A stretch of DNA of 64,000 bases from assembly GCA_000146465.1 (NCBI GenBank), contig CP001943.1. The stretch is one strand, 5' to 3'. The notes beneath the pieces are model-generated. The model was not told the origin of the DNA. It ran no database searches and saw nothing but the letters and a program-made list of their open reading frames with translations. The position numbers were made by a program, and so were the translations under genes. This document shows positions 1-11,040 of the stretch, piece by piece (the first letter of the stretch is position 1; each line of letters opens with the position of its first letter).

Positions 1-589
1 GGTTAGCCATGCCCTAATCTTATAATAGCAAGGTTGGAGTTAAGAAAAACTAAATTTATAACCCTCTAAGAAAATATAGATAGGAAATATCTTATTCTTT
101 TAATTAGTATCCTAAACCGAAACTCTTTATTATTGCCTTTTCTGTATATTTCTCACACTCTCAAAGACACCTTTTCGTTCACTTTTAAATAACTTGTAAA
201 ACTAGTTAATGAAGTATATCAAATTCTACTTTGGGATCAGATTCTTACTGAAAAGCTTACTGGAATCTTTCCCCTTACTTCAACTCTTTCAATTTATTTT
301 CACATAAGTTTTATTTCAATACGTCATCATTTCTTTTTAATATCTATGTAGAAATAGTCTTGAACAAAATATCTCCGTTGGGACGTACTTGCCATTTTAA
401 ATTAACGTCATAGTTGGCCTCTAAACTTCTATCCAATCAGGGAATGTTGATATTTAATAGAATTGTAAAATTTATTTGGTTATTCCATATTCAATTATAT
501 TCTCCTCTTTTATAAAATCAATTTCCAATCTTATTTACCTCCTGCTGATTATTTTAAATAAAAAAACTTTTTCACCCTTATAGGAACAT

Positions 590-1357
590 ATGAACATTCA
601 AAAGACTCCTAAAGATTTATTTGATAACAAGAATGAAGAAAAAATCACTAAGAAACTCCATCCCGAATACGGTGTCTACTTTGGTGCTCTTGTATCCATT
701 TTAATTCCTGCCATTATGATTTGCTTATTTGAAGAGGATACCATAAAAAAAAATCCATTTTTTATATCTCTAATGGTTGGTTTTTCATTTTTATATTCTA
801 TGATTCTAAATGTCTATACATTTATGAAAATTAGGAAGTGTGATTGGGAATCCTTAGAGACTTACTACTACATATCCAAATTCTTCCTTCTTTTATTTTC
901 CATCATCTCTGCCCTTTCTCTCATTTCAATTCCCATGGGTGGTAACTTTCCTCGAAATGATCAGAAACTTTATACTTTTGGGTTCTTCCCGTGTATTGTA
1001 TCGACTGCCTATTTGTTGTTTTTTAATCTTACACCGAAGTCCTCCCCATTTATGGGCCCAGTTACCGACATTTTTATTATTCTACTGTTTCTAACATATT
1101 CGATAGGAATTTGGCTTTGTGTTGCTCTTGAAAACTCTAATTTTTCTTTTTTAATTTACCTTGGAGTTCTCTTTCTTGCTCTTATTCCGTTGAAATTACT
1201 GAAAGATCAATATAATCCATGTAGAAAGGATGATAAAGCTTCTACATTGCAGAAGCAAATTCTCTTTATCCTTATATTGATTACTGCTGCAACCATCTAC
1301 GGACTTTTACTATTCTTTGATTTGCATTCTCTCCCATTCTTTAACTTTAATGATTAG
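590..1357 (+). CDS. Hypothetical polytopic membrane protein (255 aa, about 6 hydrophobic segments)
   Basis: Long ORF preceded by 590 bp without ORFs; several 20-residue hydrophobic stretches; no recognisable catalytic motif. Confidence 0.5.
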   Translation: MNIQKTPKDLFDNKNEEKITKKLHPEYGVYFGALVSILIPAIMICLFEEDTIKKNPFFISLMVGFSFLYSMILNVYTFMKIRKCDWESLETYYYISKFFLLLFSIISALSLISIPMGGNFPRNDQKLYTFGFFPCIVSTAYLLFFNLTPKSSPFMGPVTDIFIILLFLTYSIGIWLCVALENSNFSFLIYLGVLFLALIPLKLLKDQYNPCRKDDKASTLQKQILFILILITAATIYGLLLFFDLHSLPFFNFND

Positions 1358-1843
1358 AAATAAGATAAGTTAATAAATATCAATAGTTTATTTATCATAA
1401 TCTACTATGTCCAATATATGAAATATGAATATAACTCTATTTTTGCATGTGGTATCCCTTTAATGCATGGATAGTTCTACTCATAATATATTTATTTATT
1501 GATTCCCCTTTGCTTAATTGTTTAAATATAAAGTTCTCGCATATTCCATAATTTTTTGCTCAAAAAGTTCCATGTTCGATTCCCTTTCCGCCTTTTTGGA
1601 AATCATTGTTTCGCTTGTGTTCTCACTTCGTTTACAAGATTTACTACAGGCGTTCAGACTATACCAAAAAACTAAAAAAAGATGGTGAAAATAGAAGTTA
1701 ATCCAAAAGTATTGTTGTGATTTCAATAACAATAGTACGGACATTATCGATATCAGCCCAAAGGTGAACGGCCCTCTTTAAGACAAGCATTTTAAGTTTT
1801 AAACAGATTCAATTACCTTAGAAGAAACAATTTTAATTAAAAA

Positions 1844-3895
1844 TTAGAGCTCTTCTCTTCCTATTTCCTTCTCTTCCCCAGACTTTGCCGAGCTAAGGAA
1901 TTCTTTTATTCCGTTGTCAAATTCCTGGAGTTTCTCTTCAATATGGATTCGGGGAGCTATCTCCTTGTGTTTTTCCAGCCACAATCTCGTTTTCTGAACA
2001 TATTCAAGAGCATCCTTCTTGATATTTTCTGGAATTACCTCGACAAATTTAGGGCTCTCGGCCTGTTCCAGAGCATATTCCAACTTTTTAACTACTTCTC
2101 GTTTCTTCACAAGTTCCTGATTTTCCTCACTGTGGACTCTTTCTTCAAACCTCTCGATCTCCTCTGGGGTCATGTTGGCAACGGCAGAACTGAAATATGC
2201 ATCCGCGGTTTTATCGGTTTGCAAATCCACAGCCTTCACATAAATCTTTCCGTGTGTGTTGATTTCCAATGTAACAGCAATTCTTGGGACACCCCGGGGT
2301 TGGTTCCCTGGAAGACCCAACTCAATATCTCCAATATGAACATTGTCTTTGAAGCTTTCTAAGCCCCCAAGAGCCACGCGGATCCTAACTTTTGTCTGGT
2401 TGTCTTGGGCCGTAGTGAATTCTTTTGTTCCTGTTGCCGGAAGAAGAGCACCCTTTGAAATAATGGCTTCAAAATGATCCTCCTCTGTACAGATTCCAAG
2501 CGAAAGGGGAACGCTATCAGCAGTTACAATCTGCTCGGACTCACTAAGCATGTTGAGCTCATTAGCTGTGTATAAGGCTGCACCTCTTGCAACTATTGTA
2601 TCTGCATTAATACCTTCGTAGTGAATTTTATCTGCTCCAAAAATCTCTTCAACAATGTCAATTACTTTAGGGATTCTTGTCGACCCTCCTACAAGTAGTA
2701 CCCTATTGATGAGATTCTTGTCGTATCCCTTATTGTCCTTTCCGTCTCCAGAAAGTAAGGAGTTCATAATACTTTTTATCTTGGAGTAGAAAGCCTCGTT
2801 CAGCTCGTTGAACTTTTCATTTGTAAGTTCCAAGGTAACTGACTTTTCTCCATCATAAATAAAATTCTTGGTGATCAAAGGATTTGCTTTCCTTCCTGGA
2901 GATTTGCGAACCTGGTCACAAAGATCCTTTTTCATTTCCTCGACAAGATTTCTCAATCTAAGCTTAACATTCTGGTTCTCCATAACATCGAACCCGGTTG
3001 TGCTCTTGATGTAAGCAGCAAAGTGTTTTGTAAGGTTATCATTGACATTTTCTCCTCCAAGGAAGTTATTTCCTTCATAGCACGGCACCATCATGAATCC
3101 TCCTGATGATTCAACAATGGAAACATCAAATGTACCTCCTCCAAGATCGAATACGCAGATATTCATGTCATCCACCTCCTCCTTAGTGGTGATTCCTTTT
3201 CTGATAAGATCATATGTATGGGCAAATGCTGCTGCAGATGGCTCCTTCCAGGTTAAGGGTGTGGGAAGTCCTGCCATTTCTGCTGCTTTGATGGTTGCTG
3301 CAACTTGGTTCGGATCAAAATAAGCTGGATAGGTAATGGTAAGCCCCTGAATCTTATAGTCCTTTAAAATTTGGTCCTTCAGCATGCGCAAGACATGGCT
3401 AGAAAGTTCTTCTGGGGTAACCGACTCATATCCGCTCTGGTTGGGCTCCTGGATCTTGTAAGCCACCCTCTTCTTTCCTCCAACATTTTCCACAAATATA
3501 GGGACAGATGCATTTCTCTTGATGTCCTCAACCTTCCTGTCGATGTTTGCAAGATCTTCAATTCCAATGCCTCTTTTGAAAGCATAGAAATAAGTGTTTG
3601 CATTTCCTTCGGAGTTGTACATCTGCAATCCAGCCCATCCTGCTACTGCCTCATACTTAGACTTCTTTCCATCTCCCTCAGGAAGCTTCTTGAAGAATAC
3701 AACCGATGGATAGGTTTCCTCTCCACTGGGAGAGAGAACAAACCTTGTATCCTTTAAAGATGGGCTATATACAGATATGCAGCTATAGGTGGTTCCAAGG
3801 TCAATTCCAACTGCCACAGATTCTCTCAGATCAGCGTTTTCGGTTCCTGTACAAAAAATCGTTGCCAGAGACAACAACAAACCTCTAACTTGCAT
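1844..3895 (-). CDS. ER-lumenal Hsp70-family chaperone (BiP/Lhs1-like) with N-terminal signal peptide and C-terminal REEL retention-like tail
   Basis: Hsp70 motifs [34 protein letters not shown]. The track ORF extends to 4036 but its first codon is GTG. The first ATG ([15 protein letters not shown], a signal peptide) is at 3895. Protein ends ...GREEL. Confidence 0.85.
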   Translation of the reverse strand: MQVRGLLLSLATIFCTGTENADLRESVAVGIDLGTTYSCISVYSPSLKDTRFVLSPSGEETYPSVVFFKKLPEGDGKKSKYEAVAGWAGLQMYNSEGNANTYFYAFKRGIGIEDLANIDRKVEDIKRNASVPIFVENVGGKKRVAYKIQEPNQSGYESVTPEELSSHVLRMLKDQILKDYKIQGLTITYPAYFDPNQVAATIKAAEMAGLPTPLTWKEPSAAAFAHTYDLIRKGITTKEEVDDMNICVFDLGGGTFDVSIVESSGGFMMVPCYEGNNFLGGENVNDNLTKHFAAYIKSTTGFDVMENQNVKLRLRNLVEEMKKDLCDQVRKSPGRKANPLITKNFIYDGEKSVTLELTNEKFNELNEAFYSKIKSIMNSLLSGDGKDNKGYDKNLINRVLLVGGSTRIPKVIDIVEEIFGADKIHYEGINADTIVARGAALYTANELNMLSESEQIVTADSVPLSLGICTEEDHFEAIISKGALLPATGTKEFTTAQDNQTKVRIRVALGGLESFKDNVHIGDIELGLPGNQPRGVPRIAVTLEINTHGKIYVKAVDLQTDKTADAYFSSAVANMTPEEIERFEERVHSEENQELVKKREVVKKLEYALEQAESPKFVEVIPENIKKDALEYVQKTRLWLEKHKEIAPRIHIEEKLQEFDNGIKEFLSSAKSGEEKEIGREEL

Positions 3896-4020
3896 ACCCC
3901 TATCTCTAGAGAAAAAATTTATACAAAATTCTTTCCAATTTTTACATGTTGAACCATCGGAAAACGAAGAGGCTTCCATATTAGGAAGTGCCCATGTAAA
4001 CAAATTATACAATCCCGCCA

Positions 4021-5067
4021 TTACAGAATAAAGCACAGTCTTGGATACCTTAAGGAATTATCTGCAGCCTTGGAGTTGATGCAGATATGCTCCGAAGACT
4101 CGATGTACTTAGCCCCGTAGATGAATCCATTTTCGAACACGTAGGGCTGATTGGAGTCGTCCATTTCTTCTCCGCTTCCCCGGCACAGTAAGATGCTTAT
4201 CTCGTGTTTGTTGAACGGTACATCCTCTCTTAGTCGGAATGCCTTGCAGCATGCTGGGCAATTGTCATTTTCGGTATCGATGCATCGATATGTTTTGTAT
4301 GCCATCATTCCATATTCTATTCGTTGCATAAGCCTAGACTTAGGTCCTCTTCTAAACAATTTCAGTGCACATCTTAGAAATTGCTCTGCAGTTTTGGTAT
4401 GCCTTGAAAACGGATATTTTCTGAAGTTTGAGTTCGATACAAGAACAGGTAAGTACGACTTTATCTGTTCTGGAACTCTTTTAAACTCTTTATTGATGAA
4501 CTCTAGAGCCTTATCGAATTCTTGTGCATGACACATCTCTATAAACTTTTCAACTTTCAGGTCGTTTTCAAGGGAAATCGCCTCTTCCCATTTTATGCTC
4601 CTAAGCTCCATCCTGTGCTCTCTGCAAAATGCTAGAGCATCTTCAAAAGATCCAGTCTCCACCTGGTTCCTGATCTCATAAATCCGCTTGTAAAAGTCTG
4701 AATCAGAATAACCTCCAATGGAGAATTTCCTAGCCATCAGCTCTGCAGTATCGAAGTATCCCATATGCTCAAAATGCTCCATAATGAACACATTGAGAAC
4801 GTTCACCGGCTCTTTTCTGGCCACTATTGTTTTTGCGTTTTTTTCTATTTCGTCGATGTTCAATTTTATCACCTCCTTAAGCTTTTCAAGCTTTTGCATG
4901 TATTCTTCTCTGCTTATCCTTCCACATTTATACATCTGAAAGAGCCTTTCCATAAGCTTGCATGTTGTTCTGAGAATGTTTGATATTCTCGCCTCCTGGA
5001 TTGTTGAGAGATCCATCAAAACAATTTGCTTTCTTTCAATATATACACATGTTGACATCCCACTCAA
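4021..5067 (-). CDS. GID/CTLH-complex E3 ligase subunit-like protein (Rmd5/MAEA-like; LisH-CTLH-CRA region plus degenerate C-terminal RING)
   Basis: C-terminal CPACCKAF...[10 protein letters not shown] resembles the Gid-type RING of MAEA/Rmd5 (NGYVYGYNSL); helical N-terminal half consistent with LisH/CTLH. Confidence 0.5.
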   Translation of the reverse strand: MSGMSTCVYIERKQIVLMDLSTIQEARISNILRTTCKLMERLFQMYKCGRISREEYMQKLEKLKEVIKLNIDEIEKNAKTIVARKEPVNVLNVFIMEHFEHMGYFDTAELMARKFSIGGYSDSDFYKRIYEIRNQVETGSFEDALAFCREHRMELRSIKWEEAISLENDLKVEKFIEMCHAQEFDKALEFINKEFKRVPEQIKSYLPVLVSNSNFRKYPFSRHTKTAEQFLRCALKLFRRGPKSRLMQRIEYGMMAYKTYRCIDTENDNCPACCKAFRLREDVPFNKHEISILLCRGSGEEMDDSNQPYVFENGFIYGAKYIESSEHICINSKAADNSLRYPRLCFIL

Positions 5068-5143
5068 AAATCAAAGTGTTCTAAATTGGAAATCGGCGTA
5101 TTTATTGGAATTAGCTCTAAAAGCCTAAGAGGAGAAGGTCTAT

Positions 5144-6859
5144 TCAGCTAAAATCAACCTTGTGTAGCTTATTTGTAATTGAAAGATAAATGTTTTTGTT
5201 GAAAATCCTTCTTGGCCTTTTATCTACCAGGGCTTCTCCGTTCTTCTTCCAAGAATTACCATCCTTCCTATATCTTTTTAGAACAGAAGCATCCTTTACG
5301 CGACTGAACGTTAAAATAACCTGATCCTCTACAAAAACATCCATGACATTTGAATCACTAATTAAGTTCTCTTCGGCAGCTCCATCTTTCATTTCAAAGC
5401 TAAGTACTCCATCCCTAGGTAATGATACAAATAATGTATCACCAGAAATTCTAAAAGATGTAATTTTTTCCTCTCTTAAAATCCACTCTTCGGATTCTAC
5501 TCTGAATATTCCACATTCATCAAGTAAGAAAATTCCATTTTTTGTCTCTTCAATTTGCCGAATATTTTGATTGATAAGGCTTTTTGTGATTCCAGGACCT
5601 ATTACTTCGATAAGACTTCCATCCAAATATAAGAAAAGCTTTCCCTTGGAAAACACCATGTCTGCAGGTGTAGCCAGTGTTTCAACCGAGTTATACTTCC
5701 CTATCAATAACAACCCATCACTTTCTATCTTATAAACCTTGGCAGTTCTCCTCCCTTTTTCTCTTCTATGTTCTAATCCAATAATGAATCCTGATGAGTA
5801 GAAAAAATCAAATCCCTCGAGGTAAGCTATTCTTTGCATCTCTTCCTTTTCAAGGTCATATATAAAAATATAATCTCTCCTTACTGCAACTATAGAGTTT
5901 TTGGAGGAAAAAAGAAAATCCTCCTTCTGAAATACATAAGGCATCTTTACCTTGGTTTTCTTTATATTATGCTCAAAGATTTCCTTTCCAGGGATTTCTT
6001 CTTCTCTGTTCTCAAAGCCATTAAGAGACTTGCAGTATTCAAAGTTCGGAAGAGAAAATATCTGTTTTTTGGTACTCCCCACCTTCAAATCATATACCAA
6101 AAGGCAAAACACAGTCAAAATGTAAACATTACTCTCGTCTTGGACAAAATCTACAAGGTCTCCTTCAAATGTTGTTAGAAATGTCTTCTCATCTCTCTTA
6201 GTTTCTATTCGAACAAGCTTTCTGCTTGAACACACAACTAGAAGACTTTCAAGAGTAGTTATTATAATTCCGGTAATCGGACGAGCATGGTAATGGTACG
6301 ATAGGCTTGACTTTCCCTTCAGGAAATTCAGAACATTCGCATCGTCTGTATATGCAATCATTCCATTCTTCACTGCAAGATACTTGATATTTACATCCCG
6401 AAGAACTTCTGAACTTCTTCTCTTTACAATATCAAACCTAATTAGGCTTTTATTACTACATATGTAGAAATCGACCCCGTCCCAGAAATAAGTTCCTGCT
6501 TCAAAATCAAACAGCATTTCCTGTTCCTCATTGATTCCTAAGTATCTGTCCATTTCTTGTACAAGATAAAAGAGTTGACCGTGATGCACATAAAAGTCAA
6601 AAGTCTTCTCGCTTGGAACTTCAACTTCATGAGCCGGATCTTCAAATAAATTTTCGTAGATAAATATCTTCTTCCTTGTCAAGAAGTAATATTTCCGATC
6701 AAACTCTCTGGCTACTTTAATCTTAAAGAACTTTCTTCTCCTTAATAATACAAGGTCCTTTTTACAATATTCCTCAATAGAATTCTCTCCTACTTTATAA
6801 ACCACCTCTCCATTGATAAATATCTTTCTGTTATCCCCGTTTAATATCATAAGGGCCAT
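5144..6859 (-). CDS. Hypothetical protein, 571 aa, no recognised domain (possibly beta-rich/propeller-like)
   Basis: Uninterrupted 1.7 kb ORF in AT-rich DNA; start and stop fit neighbouring gene spacing. Confidence 0.5.
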   Translation of the reverse strand: MALMILNGDNRKIFINGEVVYKVGENSIEEYCKKDLVLLRRRKFFKIKVAREFDRKYYFLTRKKIFIYENLFEDPAHEVEVPSEKTFDFYVHHGQLFYLVQEMDRYLGINEEQEMLFDFEAGTYFWDGVDFYICSNKSLIRFDIVKRRSSEVLRDVNIKYLAVKNGMIAYTDDANVLNFLKGKSSLSYHYHARPITGIIITTLESLLVVCSSRKLVRIETKRDEKTFLTTFEGDLVDFVQDESNVYILTVFCLLVYDLKVGSTKKQIFSLPNFEYCKSLNGFENREEEIPGKEIFEHNIKKTKVKMPYVFQKEDFLFSSKNSIVAVRRDYIFIYDLEKEEMQRIAYLEGFDFFYSSGFIIGLEHRREKGRRTAKVYKIESDGLLLIGKYNSVETLATPADMVFSKGKLFLYLDGSLIEVIGPGITKSLINQNIRQIEETKNGIFLLDECGIFRVESEEWILREEKITSFRISGDTLFVSLPRDGVLSFEMKDGAAEENLISDSNVMDVFVEDQVILTFSRVKDASVLKRYRKDGNSWKKNGEALVDKRPRRIFNKNIYLSITNKLHKVDFS

Positions 6860-6924
6860 AAAATTTTCAAGTTTCTTTATAAAATTGGAAAGCTAAGCCA
6901 GGGTTTCATTCCTAGAGCCCTCCT

Positions 6925-7794
6925 TTATCTTATCTCATACTTCCTTCCATTCTGCTCAAGATATCTCTGGAAAAAAGGCTGCTCCTTCAGGCTGATCATA
7001 TCTTCTACATACTTCTTGGCTATAACAAACTGAACGCTCATTCTTGCAATTTCTGGAGACTCATAGATTTCGGTTCTTTCCAAGGTCTCATCAATGAGCT
7101 TTACAAATCTAATATCGTTTTCTACTGAGCCCTGGCTTAACACAAGCAGTATTTTGCTGATAGCTTCTTCTTTTATGGCTTCCTCATGCTCGATAAACCT
7201 TTGTTTCAGCAATCCCAGCAAGTTCTTAATTTTCAAATCTTCGTATTTCAGCATTACATCTTCTCTTTCCCTCATAACTTTGCTATGGAACTCAACTCCC
7301 CTTTCAGCTCCCTTCAGGATATTCAATCCAAGTCTATTGATAGAACATCCCACTTTTCTCTCCACATTTTTGGTATGATCACTATATTTACGGGACCGTT
7401 GGAAGCTCAGCAGCTTAGCCGCCATGTCTGTATTGTTATAAAGACAAGAGAGTAATGCAGAGACTCCTTTTTTATAGTGCTCTTCCTCTATGTTCTTGAT
7501 AGGTTTTCCAACTTCGGACTCTAAAATACCCTTTTTCTTTGCATAAACAGCTTCTATATACCCAAAGCTCTGTTCTAATATCCATTCATGGAACTTTCGA
7601 AGTACCTTACATATTTCTAACTCCATAAAGATCCTTTTTTCTTTCTCCTCTACCTGAGAGTCAATATTTCGCTGGTAAAAAATCAAATCCCTATAATCTT
7701 TGAATCTATCTTCCACTTCTTTGCTAAGACTGGCCACTTGCAATGTCTTTTCCGTGTTTTCTAATGCGTTCTCGAGATACACAACAAGATCCAT
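6925..7794 (-). CDS. Hypothetical alpha-helical protein, 289 aa
   Basis: Long ORF; helical, charged composition; no confident motif (PCI-like fold only speculative). Confidence 0.5.
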   Translation of the reverse strand: MDLVVYLENALENTEKTLQVASLSKEVEDRFKDYRDLIFYQRNIDSQVEEKEKRIFMELEICKVLRKFHEWILEQSFGYIEAVYAKKKGILESEVGKPIKNIEEEHYKKGVSALLSCLYNNTDMAAKLLSFQRSRKYSDHTKNVERKVGCSINRLGLNILKGAERGVEFHSKVMREREDVMLKYEDLKIKNLLGLLKQRFIEHEEAIKEEAISKILLVLSQGSVENDIRFVKLIDETLERTEIYESPEIARMSVQFVIAKKYVEDMISLKEQPFFQRYLEQNGRKYEIR

Positions 7795-7908
7795 TCTACC
7801 ATCCTTTCCACCTTCTAACTTATTTCAGAAGGTTTCAGAAAACACAAATGAAATTAGAAATCTCACCAAGAAACACAGCAGATATGCTGTTTGAGGAAGA
7901 ACAAAAAA

Positions 7909-8568
7909 TCAACCTTTATTTGCTTTTGTCTTTAGGGATTTCTCATTGTGAGATCTTCCGAGATCATATTCCTCCCCAAACTTCTGAAAATCTTCCTCCG
8001 AAAAAAACTTGACGACAAATAGCTGGGTTTTCTTTCTCTGTGCATCTGTTTCAACCGTGTCTTCAGTGGACATCCACATCCATCCGTTACTGACCTTTCC
8101 ATGGGGCTGTGCCTTAAATCTCGGGTTGATAAAGTGGTTGCATCCAAGCCTACCAATCTGATCCCTAAAAACTGTTATCTTCACTAGATTACTTTTAGTG
8201 TGCATTCCAATAACCATCGTTCCCTCTGCACGCTCCTCAAGTGCCTTAGTCTCCTCAGAGAAGTAATAAAGCTTGCATCTTGCTTTAAACAGGACATCAT
8301 CGCTCTGATTCTCCTCGAGATGTTTTCTTTGCTTTTCGACTACCTCCGTCACATCAATCTTGTCCTTTTCCTCTCCTCCCTTGGAATTGTCCTTCCGAGG
8401 AACTGTATTAGTTAGAAAGGGACTTTGCTGTGTTTTCTTAGTTTCAATTTTCTCCTTAGAATCCCCCAACGATGTTTCTTCTTTTGTATCACTCTGTAAT
8501 TCCTCCTCTTTCTTACCAGAAACAGCTTCTATTCCCATCTGCTCTTCCTTTTTTTCTACCTCTGCCAT
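7909..8568 (-). CDS. YRB1: Ran-binding-domain protein (RanBP1/Yrb1-like)
   Basis: Central region ARCKLYYF...ERAEG...VKITVFRDQIGRLGCNHFINP...WMWMSTED...LFVVKF...EDFQKF matches the RanBD consensus; acidic/lysine-rich N-terminus. Confidence 0.7.
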   Translation of the reverse strand: MAEVEKKEEQMGIEAVSGKKEEELQSDTKEETSLGDSKEKIETKKTQQSPFLTNTVPRKDNSKGGEEKDKIDVTEVVEKQRKHLEENQSDDVLFKARCKLYYFSEETKALEERAEGTMVIGMHTKSNLVKITVFRDQIGRLGCNHFINPRFKAQPHGKVSNGWMWMSTEDTVETDAQRKKTQLFVVKFFSEEDFQKFGEEYDLGRSHNEKSLKTKANKG

Positions 8569-8634
8569 TAGACTTTGGGGAAGGAATTTTGAACAAAAAA
8601 ATACACAGTCTCAAACTAGAAATGATTTAATATG

Positions 8635-9351
8635 TTAGTGGCAGATCCCACCGGAAAAAAGCGAGAAATCTGTCGTCTTTAAGCGTATATCTCTTTTGAA
8701 TCCATCTCTCCCATTGTCCACTTCTTCGAATTCTACCATGTCATTCAAGGGAGATCCGGCTGTGATAAACAGAGCATTGGCAATTATAGACTCAATCTTC
8801 ATTGGCTCAGTCTCCGTGAATGTTGCCACATCGTTTGAGCACTCAGGATACTTCCTCTGAATAACGAGAGGTGTCTTCTGCCCTGCCAGAATAAAGTCCT
8901 CACTATATCCTTCAGACTCGCAGGTATAGAGAAGAATTATCGATGCCCCTGGCTTATCTCTAGCTGCTTGAACCAGATCGTATTGGAATCGGCTTGTGTC
9001 CTTTCCACATTTATCCAAGTCGATCTCGGGAGATGTCATTCCACTAACACTCCAGTCGAAGTGAAACTTTCGTTTGTCTGTGCTTGCCCTATCTGCATAT
9101 ACATGTTCATTCATCTTCTGCTCCAGCTCCTCAGCAACACTTCCCACAATGTCTTCAATACTTCTACCTTTATCAAGAAACTTCCTTCTCCCAGCTTCAG
9201 AAATGTACACCTCTACTGGAACTCTCCTGATACCTATTCCCTGCGAGCAAATCGCCAGGCCCATCAGAAGGATCAGGAAGTGCTTATTACCAAACATGCA
9301 TTCCTTAGAAAGGATGTATTTATTTCCAAATCTGAAACTTACTTGAGGCAT
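8635..9351 (-). CDS. Hypothetical signal-anchored or secreted protein, 238 aa
   Basis: ORF with internal Met followed by hydrophobic stretch HFLILLMGLAICSQG; no recognised domain. Confidence 0.45.
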   Translation of the reverse strand: MPQVSFRFGNKYILSKECMFGNKHFLILLMGLAICSQGIGIRRVPVEVYISEAGRRKFLDKGRSIEDIVGSVAEELEQKMNEHVYADRASTDKRKFHFDWSVSGMTSPEIDLDKCGKDTSRFQYDLVQAARDKPGASIILLYTCESEGYSEDFILAGQKTPLVIQRKYPECSNDVATFTETEPMKIESIIANALFITAGSPLNDMVEFEEVDNGRDGFKRDIRLKTTDFSLFSGGICH

Positions 9352-9552
9352 TGATGTTTCACGACCACCCTAAACTTGGATCCAGGAAATCAAATAGGTG
9401 TCTTTTCCTCTCATATTAATAGCAGAAGACCTAAGGTCTCTCTTTTTTAAAATTATCAAAGAGTCTCTTTCTTGCTCGATCGCTGCACTCGTTAGGTATC
9501 CACTCTGAAACTAACGAAAACAAGACTAAAACCAAGCGTTAATGGATAAACA

Positions 9553-10851
9553 ATGAAGATTCTTCTTCTATCTCCTCTTGTGCTTGCACATGTAATCAAT
9601 TTGGTTATTCTTTATGAAAAGACAGGGCTTAAGGAGGTCAAGGAGATGTACCACTATGTGGTCGAAAGATTGTTGGACAAGTTCAATGAGCATCTGCAAC
9701 GAAGAGGAATAAGAATTAGTCTGATGGACTTTCTGGCATACGACGATTACCTTGTCAAACCTGGGTATCAGGATATATCGATTATGGGTGGAGAGGAGAG
9801 TCTTGATGCAAGAATCGAAGCATTGAACGGAATCCCCACTAATGTTATTCTCGTTGCCTCAGCAAGTCCCGAAGAAGAACGGGAAAAATTTATACCAAAC
9901 TCTCCGTGCACAAGCCGGTTTATTAGCAATATGGTTTCCAACGACATCGTTGACGACGAGTTACTTACCAAAATCATATATGCAGTCCTCGACTGGATGA
10001 GGGGCCTTTTTAAGGTGGAGGTTCCAAGTCCTGTAAAGGAGAGAAGCCCTGAAGTCTTTGACAAATTTGCAAAAGATGTTACTACACCCGAGTTTATAGA
10101 AAACTTGAAGCAATGCACAAAAGAAACAAGAGACAAGTTCGAGAAGTTTATCCGAGCAATGAACTGGGATGAAGAAAAAATGCTTAGCTTGAGAATGATG
10201 TCTGAAAAGACTGACCATTCCCAAAACGAAGGAGTTGAAATATCAAGTCCTTTGAAGTGGGTCCTATCCAAGTCAGAAAAGAAAACCAAAGATACTGAAA
10301 CCGATCACCAATGCTCGGAAGAAAATAAATCAAAGAAAGAACATTCGGAATCATCTTCCGAAGACGAAGATTCCTCCTCCAAGAATGATAAAAAGAAGCC
10401 AACTAAATCCCATAAACCTAAAGAAGTACCTTCTAAAAGGATAAAGAAGATTTTGTCAAGAAAGGAAGAGTCAGATGACTTTACAGACTTAGAAGAGACA
10501 GACAAAAAAGAAAGAGACAAGGAATATGAAAAAAGCCAAGGTAATGGCTCTCTAAGATACCTAGATAAGAATACAAACCTCCACAATATGCGAAGGTTGA
10601 AAGAAGACGAAGAAACACTAATGGAAGAGAAGATCAGGGAGGAACTCCAAAAAATCATCTCTCATGAGCCCCACAATACAAAAAAAAAATTTGAAGACTC
10701 CATCTTTACTGGAATTCCTCCTTATAGTGATGAAGAAGCAAGAAATGGCCCATCCAGAATACTATTTTCAAGTAGAGCTACCCCAGTAAAAGGGACATCA
10801 AGGCTTAATAGAAGCTTATCATACGGAAGAATCCCATACAGAGGCGGCTAA
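9553..10851 (+). CDS. Secreted protein with globular N-terminal half and highly charged low-complexity (S/E/K/D-rich) C-terminal half
   Basis: N-terminal signal peptide MKILLLSPLVLAHVINLVILY; C-terminal half dominated by K/E/S/D; first of four consecutive same-strand signal-peptide genes. Confidence 0.6.
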   Translation: MKILLLSPLVLAHVINLVILYEKTGLKEVKEMYHYVVERLLDKFNEHLQRRGIRISLMDFLAYDDYLVKPGYQDISIMGGEESLDARIEALNGIPTNVILVASASPEEEREKFIPNSPCTSRFISNMVSNDIVDDELLTKIIYAVLDWMRGLFKVEVPSPVKERSPEVFDKFAKDVTTPEFIENLKQCTKETRDKFEKFIRAMNWDEEKMLSLRMMSEKTDHSQNEGVEISSPLKWVLSKSEKKTKDTETDHQCSEENKSKKEHSESSSEDEDSSSKNDKKKPTKSHKPKEVPSKRIKKILSRKEESDDFTDLEETDKKERDKEYEKSQGNGSLRYLDKNTNLHNMRRLKEDEETLMEEKIREELQKIISHEPHNTKKKFEDSIFTGIPPYSDEEARNGPSRILFSSRATPVKGTSRLNRSLSYGRIPYRGG

Positions 10852-11040
10852 TGGAAAATTGAAATCTTGTTTCACAACCTTCGTTACTTTATTAAAAATA
10901 GAATGTGATTCCAGGTGTATCCCCTTTCAAATATCTCCTTAAAGATCTGAAACATATGTTTTCTTGTTAGATGTGTTGTTCACGATCTTTTGTTTCAAAG
11001 GTTGTATAATAAATCGAACAATGATTTCAGAGAGAAATAG

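Noticed and set aside
1514-1744. 76-aa minus ORF in the convergent spacer downstream of Hsp70
   Set aside because: Short, F/L/Y-rich, no motif; lies where 3' UTRs of two convergent genes are expected
1943-2362. 139-aa plus-strand ORF (and 3093..3323, 3371..3757, 3706..3888, 3789..4031 +)
   Set aside because: All lie antisense inside the Hsp70 gene, whose frame carries clear Hsp70 motifs; they have low-complexity antisense-type composition
4034-4036. ORF-track start of the Hsp70 ORF
   Set aside because: The codon at 4036..4034 is GTG on the minus strand, so the track appears to label alternative starts as M. For a eukaryotic nuclear gene I used the first in-frame ATG (3895), which also begins a plausible signal peptide
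9768-10402. Several minus-strand ORFs of 72-173 aa
   Set aside because: Antisense to the 9553..10851 secreted-protein gene; S/F/L-rich antisense composition
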